Under the pieces are notes generated by a model. That model did not search any database. It was not told the DNA's origin and saw nothing but the letters and a program-made list of their open reading frames with translations. From NCBI GenBank assembly GCA_030141605.1, contig JAQGDQ010000310.1:216361-280360 (forward strand): 64,000 nucleotides of DNA, read 5' to 3'. Position 1 is the first letter of the stretch, and the number at the start of each line of letters is the position of its first letter. Origin of the DNA: Tubiluchus corallicola (Eukaryota; Animalia; Priapulida). A program made the translations under genes and the position numbers. Below, piece after piece: positions 1 through 49,100 of this stretch.

Positions 1-43
1 AAATACTACTTGATAAAAGAAAAAATCGATACTTATCACTCAC

Positions 44-37080
<37,037 letters not shown>

Positions 37081-37869
37081 CTTATCAGCTAAATGGCAAA
37101 ATTCCTACTTGGCAAGCATTGCGGCGATGGCGAAATTTAACTTTCTGAAACAAATTACAAACAAAACCTTAGTTTACAACAATTTCGCATTCAGTCAACA
37201 TGAAAAACATTTATCAACCAACAGGTGGACTACATTACATTGCCATCAGACATGTTCCTTCCTGTTCCAGTGTTTGACACAAACATTTCTGCTACCATTA
37301 TCTAGTGGTGTTAAATAAATTGTAGAAAAACCTTGTTCACATTGGGATCAACAGGATTTTTCCGATTCCCAACAGAAAATAGTTGAAGTTCATCGTGTAC
37401 CTGTAGCAGTAATTTTGCTAGAGCGCTGATGTTCGATTTAGTTTCTGGCAACTGAATAGAATGTGTTTGCCATTTTTTCATTTGTTCTAAGCATGGTGTA
37501 GCTTTGCTGTGAATTTTGAAAACCTCGAAATCAAAAACAAAATGTTCAGCACTTATATCATACGACAATTGAGTTTTTCGTTCAAGTGTCAGTAAACGAT
37601 CGAATGTAGGTAATAAAATGACAGGTAAGAAAGTAAAAGGTAAAAAGACACAGAAAAAGAGTTACAGAAAAAAAGAAATAACCACGTGACTAATCTACCT
37701 TCTCTTGGTTTCTTTGCTGGCAGCTGAATCGATTCGTGAACAGCTTTAGTAAGAGAACCATGTTTCAGTAAGTGCATTAAATGACAGACCCAGTTAAGCC
37801 TTTTGTACTTTTTAATCTTCATTGTCTATTATTCTTATTTAAATTTGTCATACAAATCTTTAATGCTTA

Positions 37870-38375
37870 TAAATTTTGGCCACTATTAACATCTTCTCTG
37901 AAGGCAACTCGGATGAATGGATTGATTAAAAGATGTTATGCATTAACTGGGATCCTAAGTAGGTGCTAACTCTATACAAAGCTTATGTGCGACCATTATT
38001 AGAATATTCTAGTGGTAGTATGGTCACCCTCATTACAATTTGACATCAAGAGATTGCAGAAAGTTCAAGATAGGTGCCTGCAATGCAGCTGATTTACGTA
38101 CTGAGTTTTGTTCACTCCAACAGAGACCAGAAGCAGCTGACTTGTATGGAGTATTCAAGTACATAAATGGAGACAACCACATTAGTTGTGGTACACTATT
38201 TAAGGCTGCACCTCTGCTGTCCACTAGCAGTCATTCTGATGCAAGAATGCAAAAGCTAATTGTAAAAGTTCATTTTTTTCACACGGCGTAGTGAACAAAT
38301 GGAACAGTTTGCCAGAAAGAGTGGTTAGTGTACTGAACTTAAACCGTTTTAAGGAGCGGTTGAGGGCTTCATGAT
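37870..38375 (+). mobile_element. CR1/L2-type LINE RT 3' fragment
   Basis: LYKAYVRPLLEYSS..WSP and RVVNKWNSLPERVVS..NRFKERL motifs, with frameshifts. Confidence 0.8.
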
Positions 38376-39229
38376 AGACATGCTTCAAGAAGCGAAAATT
38401 ATTTAGAAACATTACAGAAGATTACCAAAGTTGAGAATTACTAACGTTATATCGCTGAGAATTCTACAGGAAGATAGAAGACATTAGAGTATAGGAAATC
38501 CCTAGTAAATCCTGTGACCTGAAGCGGTAATGACTAGAAATCTGCATAGGCATGGGCCAATCAGTAGCCCATGTTCAACCTTCAGACGAACCATGTAAAG
38601 GCAACATTATAGAGCAGATAAATGAGTACTGGTGGCCACCAGCTTAATTTTCATGCTGGAGCAAACTATAAACACTCTTGTCGCACTCACAAATTACCTA
38701 CCACTCTAGCAAAGAGTGTAATAAAAAGCAGCAATTGGCTGATAGTGGAAGGTTGTCAGCAGAAGCCAACGAGCTGCATAAAGGCTTTCACACAGGCCTC
38801 TTATTTTTCATCGTAGGCGGCCAGTTACCAGGGAATATATAGGGACAAAGGGGGATTAGTCAGATTTTTTTGATGGGCTGGGCCTGGTTTTGTCAACTAC
38901 TTGACAGGAATTGGTTGAGCTTGGCCTTATGTTGCATGGCCTTAGTGATAACAATCAATTGGTGCTCGCGTTACTGTAAGTGTAACACAGTTGTCGTTTA
39001 TTTTGGAAAACTAGACTATATTATGGACGTAATTGTTCACATGTATTTACTGTATTAACATTCTTGCTACTCATGCGTGAAATTCAAATAGCTTGAACTC
39101 TAAGCTACATTTGAATGCCACCCCTGCGCGAGGTCTCAAAAAGGTTAGAAAGAAAGGCTTTTTAAAAAGTTTAAACTAAAAGGGAATCAGCCAACTTTTC
39201 TCACACTACGAGAGAGATGAAGAACTCAC

Positions 39230-39380
39230 TTGAAAGTCAATGACAATCGGTCTGTTGTAGAGTATCTAATCACTTAACTGCGACTATCGTCTCATAGTGA
39301 AATAATTATAGCACTTTCGAAGTAATTTATAGTACTGAAAACCGCGTTGTCAAGTAAACATTTGACGGAAATCTTGCACA
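39230..39380 (-). other. Possible non-coding first (5'UTR) exon of STK36
   Basis: Consensus donor AA|GTGAGT at 39229 on the - strand in unique sequence, upstream of the acceptor near 37145; 5' boundary unknown. Confidence 0.3.
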
Positions 39381-39404
39381 TGCTCTCGACAATCTGGCAC
39401 TTGA

Positions 39405-40025
39405 TATTCAAATTCAAAGTAATTTATTGGCTTAACATATATCATAACCACATTAGTTTTCAAATGCAATATAATTGCAAAACATAAATATTATAATCAG
39501 TAAAGTAAAAAAATAATGATTATGTGAAAATGATCACTGTTATTAAAAAAGATAATGAAGGAAGACCTAAGTGTTTTTATATTACCCATAAGTGTTTTTA
39601 TAATAATTTTATGAAACAGCATAATTATTATATTAGTTATTAGTCATTAGCGATTTTGTATACTACTACTATTCCAAGATCAAAAGCTACTTGCTTGTTC
39701 CAAGGAAACTTAATACTGTTGTAACTAAAGTTATTATTTTAGAGTTATCTAGCTATAAATTGAGATTTAAAATAAAATTTATATTTTGATTTAAGGATTG
39801 TAACTTCCCATAGAATATTATTCTATATGAGGGGGCCATGATATTTAATTGAGCATTTTCTTATATCCATGCGACATTGAATGAAATGATAATTTTTGCT
39901 TTGTCTCACATTGTATGAGTGAAGGTCAGAATTTTGAATGAAATAGTCAGAGAACAATTCTGGTAAAAGATTATTATGATATTTGTACATGAAGATTGCA
40001 ATCTGAAAGCTACTTATATCCAGTT
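39405..40025 (-). mobile_element. L2/Crack-type LINE 3' fragment; similar relic at ~11090-11360
   Basis: Reverse translation QIAIFMYKYHNNLLPELFSDYF...HSYNVRQ...SIKYHGPLI. Confidence 0.7.
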
Positions 40026-40929
40026 ATTTATGTTTTGATTTATTTATTTGCAAAACACAACCTAACTTTATTTTACATAGTAAATGATGAGCACTCTGCT
40101 TCAAGTTCTTATTTAGTTATTTTACTCTTTTACTGCTTGGAGTGAGCAAGACTTTTGATTCTGTATACTGTAACTTGGCAAACTCGACCTGTATTTTTAT
40201 TCTTATTTAATAAAGAGTAAAACAAATTATGTGCAAAATGCTCACTTTCTCCTCTCTTAGCAAATAGAGATAACTATGCTTTGTAATCAATGTTTTGACA
40301 TAGACAGAAAGCCTGTTATGTTCATTATAATTAGCCATTTTTAAATATGCATTTCTTTATATATTTGAAAGAATTTCAGGCTTTTGCTCATACATACTTA
40401 TACATAATTTTACTCGCTTAACCTTCAGTCATTTAGTTAAGACAGTATAACAGTATATACTTATTTGCAAACTGCTAATAGTATCCATAAAAGATGTCAT
40501 GTTTGTAGTTTTATATAGTTCATACGAAGATACATAATTTTAGTTTTGTATACTACTATTTGCTTGCCAGTGTACATGTAATGTATCCGTTCGATTAAAT
40601 GAATTGAATTTAATAAGGGAATACTATTAAAATTTTGATGATTTAATGTCAGTTTTAAAACCAAATGAATTACGCATGATATAACCATCCTACTTGAAGC
40701 TGTCAATGCTTCAAGTAGAACTAGACAATACTATAGGAAGAACTTTCATAACTTTCCTCAAGGTGATCGTCTCATCCCAGGTTTTTCTGAGTTGTACCTA
40801 GCCAATACACTCCAAAACGAAAATATTTCACCTACAGATCATGATTACGATGCCACTTCCATAGAAAATATCCCTTTGCATATGGTTGATCACACATCCT
40901 GGACCAAATTCCTACAAGATTTGATGAAT

Positions 40930-41640
40930 TAGCATTTCAGATTTTTGCACAATATACTGTCAAATAAGAATCCCCAAAGTTACTATAGAAAAAAGAAATC
41001 TCAAAGTTTGCAACATGCAAACTGAAGAATGTGACATATCATGGGATGAAGACCAATCCTGGAACGGTTGCAAATATATTATGGGAACACTAATTAACAC
41101 AGAAGATGATATCAAAAATAGGAAACAGTGGTCAACGCATGGTTTTATCCAAAATAAAATCAATTCTAACCAGCAAGAAACTATCATTCGGACAAATCTA
41201 CACCTCTTCAATGCACATTTACCTAGTATCTTCATGTACAACAGTGAAACATGGAGCATGACTGCTATAAACAGGAAGCAGAAATAAATATGCATTTCAC
41301 AGAGGTCTACTTAGAAAAATCTCAAAAACAAAATGGCTATAATTATGTCGTTTGAAATGAGCAGCTGTATAACAGAACCAAAGAAGAAAATTGAATCAGT
41401 AAGATAAAAATCAAAAGGTTAAGATAGGCAGGACATTTAGTGAGATGTCCGAAACAACACCTACAAGAATTAGCATTAAACAAGGCAGTGAAACCTACAA
41501 AACAACCACCTAGCAAATTAAAAACATCGAGAATTAATAAAGACTTACAACAGCTGAGATCAAACCTAATAATTGTGACAGGATTTGAAAATTTCAGCTG
41601 CAGACAGGATCGAAAAAGTGGGGTGCTCTAACAAAGGTTA
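40930..41640 (+). mobile_element. Degenerate LINE RT fragment
   Basis: KYIMGTLINTEDDIKNRK...LHLFNAHLPSIFMYNSETW. Confidence 0.7.
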
Positions 41641-42329
41641 GAGGCTCTATGTCTGTAATTCTTATTTATGTTTAGAGCAGCAGAAGTATCATAATATAAA
41701 TTTTACAGCACGTAGGAAAACCTGTAAAATGCACCTTACTGAATATTATTTTGCCTTTAGCTTGAAGTGTGCAATTTTTACGAATCATACAAAAACTCAG
41801 TTCTTGTACAAAAACAAGGAACAATAGAAATGTAGTACTGGGCAATGTTTTATATCAAAGTATTCAATTCATGCAGTCTACACATTGTACTGATTGTATT
41901 TAGATTTTCTTGCTATCCTATATTTCTATCTAGTAAACTGTAGGGGTAAGCATCGAACGTTTAAATTAGAATCGAACCTAAACCTATTAATTCATATAAT
42001 TTATCACTTCAAGCACATATGTTTCTTATCATATAAACATTTGAAACTTTATGCAATTAGCATAATTTAGCTGTGATTTTTGTGCACAATTTTTAAACAA
42101 ATTATCAGTTGTTTTACTGCATAACAAAACCTTTTAATATGCATGTTTTTTATAAGATTAATTTTTACTGGTGGTTTGAAAATCTTTCAATCTCAATTCG
42201 AATTCGAAAAGTCGAAGATCAGTTCGATTCGAATTTAAAAGTCACAAATCTATTCGAATTTGCTTTCTAGTAGAGAATGCTCAGTTTGCTCACCCCAAGT
42301 AATGCCTAAACAAGTGAATGGATGTTCTT

Positions 42330-42800
42330 CTAAGTCAAAATAGGATCTTTGTCTCGATGCAGCGATTGCGATTGCGATACTCGACTCTCTCCACCTATCA
42401 GAGGCGGGCACCTTTATAGGGTGCAAAGTCTATTCTTCTTTAACGCTGATCTTTTATTTGTCTTTTCCAAGTTTAATGTCTTTATCCTGTATTCCATAAA
42501 TTCGTTCACTAGATTTGTAATTTCTAGCAATCCTTTCTTTTCACTGTTCATTAATACATCTGAGTTCAATTTTTTTCCATTCTCCATATCTGTAACATCT
42601 AAGCATATGTTCAGTAGTGTCATCATCTTCCTCACACACTGGGCATAATAACTGATCCTTAAACTCATTCTTGTAGTTCCCTTTAACTTTAATCACATTC
42701 AGTCTTATTTTCAATATATCTTTAACCTCTTCAGGCTTGCATGTCACTATGTAATTTTGTCGTTTCCACTCGGTATGCCTTAAAAATCTTAATTTAGTGC
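42330..42800 (-). mobile_element. LINE ORF2 C-terminal fragment
   Basis: ILKIRLNVIKVKGNYKNEFKDQLLCPVCEEDDDTTEHMLRC (CCHC-type motif). Confidence 0.7.
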
Positions 42801-43015
42801 TGCTCCTGTCTAGCGAAAGTAAAGCAAACCGAGTTCAACCTTAAATACAGAATCAGGGTGCAACTTTTTCAAACAACGTTGTTGTCACGAAATTAGAAAT
42901 TCACGTGCAGTCGAATAAAGTTGATTTTCTTAAAATATTCTTAGAATTATTAATAAAGTTAGGGCTCATGCTCTAGGAGAAGAAACACGTTACGGCACTT
43001 GTTTGAAGAGTAGCA

Positions 43016-43180
43016 ATGGAGTCAAAAGATTCAGAAAGCAGCAGTTCGGACAGTGATTTGTCTGATGCAGGTGATGAAATGTCCGAGTCTGATTCTGATA
43101 GCGATGACGAAATGCAGGCTGATCTGTCTGAACATGAGCGCGAAGAATTGCGCAAGGAAATTGACACAGTTGAAAAACAG
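43016..43180 (+). CDS. SART3: SART3 exon 1 (probable GC donor)
   Basis: MESKDSESSSSDSDLSD...ELRKEIDTVEKQ|gcaaga. Confidence 0.8.
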
Positions 43181-46100
43181 GCAAGATTCTGTACTACGTT
43201 TACACTGCTTGCATACCTAGTTTTGTGCTTCAGATTTATTTGCTTATTCGATAACCCATACTGAATTTGCTCGTCACTACAAATTGCATTGAGAAACCCA
43301 GTCTCTTGTAACAAGTACCTTCACATGGTGCATTCAAAATTTTTTAGTTTTTTACAGTGCGCTCAGGAAAGTAGAGGATCAATAACATAATAGTTAAATC
43401 CCCTCCACTTTTTATGGATTATGGCTTATGGAAGTAGATTTGTAGAGAAATATAACTTCCATTAAAAAGATAAAAACCTTTATAGATTAGGTCAAACAGG
43501 CTTGCTATAAAAAGTTAGTTTCCCACATTTAAAGTCGCAATTTATAGAATTTAAGCACTTGTGCTTGGCAGCTTGCATTTTCCTGCTAGGACAAATACAT
43601 GTTACCGAAAAACTGCTGTAATGTAATATGATTTCACAACAGGGGCGGATCCAGGATTTTTAAAGGGGGTAAAGGATTGTCAAAAATAGAATATTTGTGT
43701 GCTTGCAAACCAAAGTCGTCCATAAGTCGGTATAGTTAAAACTACGTTACGATGCTTCATAGTAGAATGCACCAAAAATTTAGTCAAAAGTCAATTTTTC
43801 ATTTTTTATGAAAACAAATGCTAAACATATTGGATTTTTATATACTAGCATGAAATTATCAAGAAAATGTTCAAAAAATAATAAAAATCTAATTTTATAA
43901 CCCCACACCCATTTCTCTATCTAAGTTTAGTTTTGCAATTGTAAAAAAACTCGTATTTTCAAACTTCGATAGTAGCTTGTGGAAGCAGCTATTTTGCTTC
44001 GGGTTTTTTCTGTTGACAAGACCAGATCTTCGTCACGAAGAGCCATCAACTGGATTTAAACACAACTTCAATTTCTTCTTGTAAAATCCATAGTAAGTGG
44101 TTTGTAGAAACGCGACAAAAAACAATGGCTGACTTTAACAGTGATTTTCTCAAGGTTACGTTTTTCAGTGTATAGCCTGCACCTCAACTTCAATGTAGAT
44201 TATCCCAGCTTAGCAATAACATAGAGCGATGAACTTGGTATCAAAATGATCCTCATGAAATAGAGATTCAGGATATGTGAATAACTGCCGTCTTAATTGC
44301 CGACTTATGGACGATTTTGCTATGCAAGCACGCATTTGGTATACTACCTCGTAATGTGGCACCTGCGTCAAGTGCTGGAAAGGGGGGTCTGGGGGTTCTC
44401 CCCCAAGAAAATTTTGAAAATTTGGTACTGGTTTCTTGCCATAACACAAATCATTTCTTCAATTTACCTACGACTTGATCAGATTGCTGTTCGTCTGAGG
44501 CCTGCAGCACTTGCTTATAGTACAATCACCAGGTGAGGGCTCCCCTTTTATATAACTAAGATGTATGCTTTCAACTAGTCTAGCGTTACGACAGTAGCAT
44601 GCATTGAAGACACGCCTTCTTCACTCTTCGGACGTGAGCATTTAGGATGTATTCTGAAATAAAACAATTTTGTCATAGCATAATGGGGGGGGGGGGGCAG
44701 GTGCACCCTGCTGGCTCCACCTATACACAGTGTGAAGGCTTAAACTGCTGTGCTTTCTTGCCAATTTTGTAGTATGAATTTGAAGTGTAGACTCTAGACG
44801 TAATGAGGCAGAAAACTCGCCCATTCTGCATACCTCCAACCCTGGCATGAGAATACTGGTTTGCCATCACAGCAGGATTCGATAACTTATATAATGACAC
44901 AGTTTAAGATACTTTGTGCATGAAGCTGCTCATTTTCCTCATACAAGTATAAATTTCTAACACTTGGGCACATTTTACTAATTGCGGCCCGACTGCTTCC
45001 TCCATCGAGACTACAGTTTGGAAGGTTTAATTATTTTTTATTGCAGTTGGTGGACTATCCGTATAGTTATGACTTGCACATCGCTGTCGTTGAGAAATGT
45101 CAGAGACTGCGAGATGTGGAACCACTACAACTTGCACGTAATAGAATGAGCGCCATCTACCCTCTAACCGAAGGTGACTCACCAACTTTAAAACTAGTAC
45201 CCACTTCTTAACCTCTCGAAATTTCGTTTTCGTTATTGCTGGTTGAGATACGAAACATTCTCTTAGACGTTATTATTTATTTTTTATTTATGCACTGAAT
45301 TACGTAATGACAGAATATGGAGTCAGTGTCCATTACTGGCTTAATGAACACCATTTTCTGTTGGCAGTTTATTAAAATTACATTCTAATTACTTGGCAAA
45401 TGCCTAAGTATGTTATTATCACACTGATGTGGTAATTAGAACTATTTCTCTGTTCCTCATGCTGCTAATTTTTGTAGGATTGTGGCTACCATGGCTTAAA
45501 GATGAGAAAAATTTGGCCGAAACCGAGGAACAAAAAGAGAATCTTATTCAGTTGTTTGAGCGAGCTGTCAAAGATTATCTATGTAAGTGTCAAATTTTCG
45601 CTGTTTTGCGTTTTACGAAAAAACTTTTTATGTAATTTTTTTTTGTTTGTCAGCTTATTTGGATGCCTGTCTAGTCTCAAGATACAAATTGGTTGTATTA
45701 ACCCTTGTAGTAGTGTTAAAGTGCTTACTTTAACTTATGAATCGGTCAAGATTTTTGACTCAGTGATTATTATTACTAGTATTTATAGGATCTGGTTTCG
45801 GATCCTGAGATCCGGTATTTTAATGGATCTGGATCAGCAAAAAAAAGTTCGTCATGTTTTGCTCTATTTATATGTGTACAACTAGCAATTGCGCACTGTC
45901 AATTTCTTAGCTAATTTTGTCATACTTCTTCATGAATATTAGATAAACTGCAGAAGTTTGAATTAATTTCAGCAGTGCACACTCATGGAAAGCCACGATG
46001 CACTTACAAAAACTCACGAAGTCTCCTACTTGTATTATAATTTTCAGATAAATGGCAGCTACTGCCACAACTGCTTGTGGTGGGTTAGGGATAGCAATTG

Positions 46101-49100
46101 CATTGCCTTCTTAATGTATGTCGCCAATAAGAATTAATGAGCATAAAACAGCTTAAAAAGCTGTGAAAAAATATTATAGATGGGCATGTCAAATGTAACT
46201 GATTATTAAATTATATGTATTAATTATAAATTTCTTTTCATTGGTGGTATAAATTAGCTTTATGGTCTATAGACAGTTTTTTTTTGCAAATTTGTTATAT
46301 TTTTTTAAGTTGATGCGATAGCAGTAAAATAGACTGAACTTGTTAAGTGATTTGTCTTTTCCATTAACGGTTAAATTGCTTACGATATTTAATAATCATA
46401 AAAAAATTAAGTGCTTTTCACTGTTTTTACTTTGCTGTTTCAGCTGTAGATATTTGGTACGAGTTTTGCATGTTCTGCATCGGTTTAGGAAAGGGTGCTG
46501 AGTACACCAGGTCCGTTTTTGAGAGGGCCATCGCGGCCTGTGGCCTTCATGTCACGACTGGCTACAAAATATGGGAAACTTACAGGTTGTACGAAACAAC
46601 AGTATTGTCGTCTTTGCAGGTAATATTCACTATTGCCCGACCCTTAACTGCCATGATAATTAATATTTGAGTAAACATGGTTTTTCTTATTAATACCATT
46701 ATTATTAAATATTGCCTATATAGTTTACAAAGGAACTTTTACTTTTAGAAAGGAAATATTTATTTTCTGCAAGGTGAATGTAAACTGTCAGTGTGTTTTT
46801 ATAGGTTTTAATAGGTTCAGTCGGTTAATTGGGCCAAAACTCTTCCATCCCAAAGTGAGTCTATTAAGCGGCACCTACTGTACTTGCAAGTTTATTGGTG
46901 GTTTTTAATTAATGGCCAAAAAGTTTTGCATGTTAAAAATTTAAATGCTGCAGCAGTGTCATCTCCAATCATCAGCTGAAAAGTAGCCACACTGACGTGC
47001 AAAACACTCAATGCATGGCAGCAAAACAAAAAAGAAATCAAATATGGTTTTCACCACTGAAAATGAAGCACTGATAAAGATTTCTCGCCAAGAGAAAAAG
47101 GGACATAATATTCTGAATTGCTGTATCTGGAATTTCCTTCAAAAGTAAATGTACAACAGAGCTGCTTGGTGCAAATGAACTAAGGGCAAAAATTGTTGAC
47201 AGCTGCAACCAAATACACCTTAAAGAAGTGAGAAACTATGTCAGTTGTGGGAAGAAATGCTTTCGTCTAATTTGTGTTGAAAATGGCGGACACATAGAGC
47301 ACTTGCTGACAAATTTTTTCCGGCATTTGCTTTTTTGAGTCATTCATTAAAAATTTCTGTTTTTTTTGGACAAATATAATGAAATGATCTAAAGTTTTTG
47401 GCATTTATACATAGCCATGCATATTAATTAATGTGGTAATTTTCAAATTATTCCTTTATTTTTTTCTTATACTGTCGTGATCCAAACATTGACTCATTTT
47501 CTGTGCCACTTCGTATAGTATATACCTAATTGCTGGCATTTTGCAAAGTAATCTTGCATGTTACACATCAGTTGCATTGCATTGTTCTGCTTGTGCACTT
47601 AATGTTTATAAAGAGAAAGTTTGTTATCATAGCTATTGTGCTTTTTAACGTATTTAACACAATATTGCATGAATATTGTATGAGAATGGTCATCAAACAT
47701 TACGTATTGTTCTTGTTTCTAACAACCTGTTGTCATGCGTGGGCATTTTCAGATTTGCTTTAGCTCACCTTTGCAGTGAGAAGATAATGTAAATGTTCGT
47801 TGAGAAACTTAGCGCTTCGTAGCTCATTCTGTTTTTATGGTATAATATCATAGTGCTCTACATTCGCTTGAAGTTCTGACATTTGTTTATGACTTTCATC
47901 ATGAATTCTACTTCACTGTTGGCTGGTTTTGCTGCAGTAAATGTAATGCGGAAAGCAAGATCAATTTTTTTACTAAGACTGCAGCAGTAATGGTAGTCCT
48001 ACTGTTTGCATTGATATGTCTTGCTATCATTGTGAGAATGAATAACATTATATTGCATCATTGTGAGAATGAATAACATTATATTGCATCATTGTGAGAG
48101 TGAATGACATTATACTGCATCATTGTGAGAATGAATGACAGTATATTGCATCATTGTGAGAATGAATAACATTATATTGCATCATTGTGAGAATGAATAA
48201 CATTATATTGCATCATTGTGAGAATGAATAACATTACACTGCATCATTGTGAGAATGAATGACATTATACTGTATCATTGTGAAAATGATCATAGGTAGT
48301 TTGCTTGTATTTCTGACAGTGATTTCCTTGTAAATGCGTTTCCAAATTTTCGATTGCAATGAAAATACGACACACACATTTACGAATGCAAATGCTCTAC
48401 TTTTGCAAACCTTTCGAATGTTTTTCGAAATGAGATGTTGTGAACATGAATACATCTTCGTTGCTGGTTGATTTTGCTACCATGAACACAACAGAAAGTG
48501 GGGTTACATTTCTGGCAAAGTCTGTGATTTCAATAAAAGTTCTGCTGCTAATACTATTAGGCATTGCTATAATAACTGGAAACTTATTAGTTCTGATTGC
48601 AGTTTGTAAGATTCCTCGTTTGCAAACTAAAACAAATGTTCTTGTTGCATCTCTTGCTGTAACTGATTTACTTGTTGGTTTATCAACACCAGCAGAAGTG
48701 ACCAGAGTGTTGTATCCAGCTGTGTTGTCAAACTAAGTGTTTGTATTGGTGCTGTACATATGTGAATTTGGAATGGTGAATGCAAGTGCATTACACTTGT
48801 GTCTGATAGCAGCTGAAAGATATGTGGCTGTTGTTCATCCATTCAAGTATCACACCCTCTTGAGAAAAGTGACCATTGTTGCCGCAGTTTCCATTACTTG
48901 GATTTTTGCTTTAACTGAGGCAGCTATTTACTTTATTTTCAGAATCATTTTCAATGCACAAGGTCTGTTAATCGTCGATGCTACATTAGCATTTTATTTA
49001 CCAGTGTTTACGATCTTTGTACTGTATGTCCTAATTTGGAAAACGGCAAGAAGGCACGTCTTGCAGATACACAGTCAAGGTCAAGAAAGCCAGGCAAACG

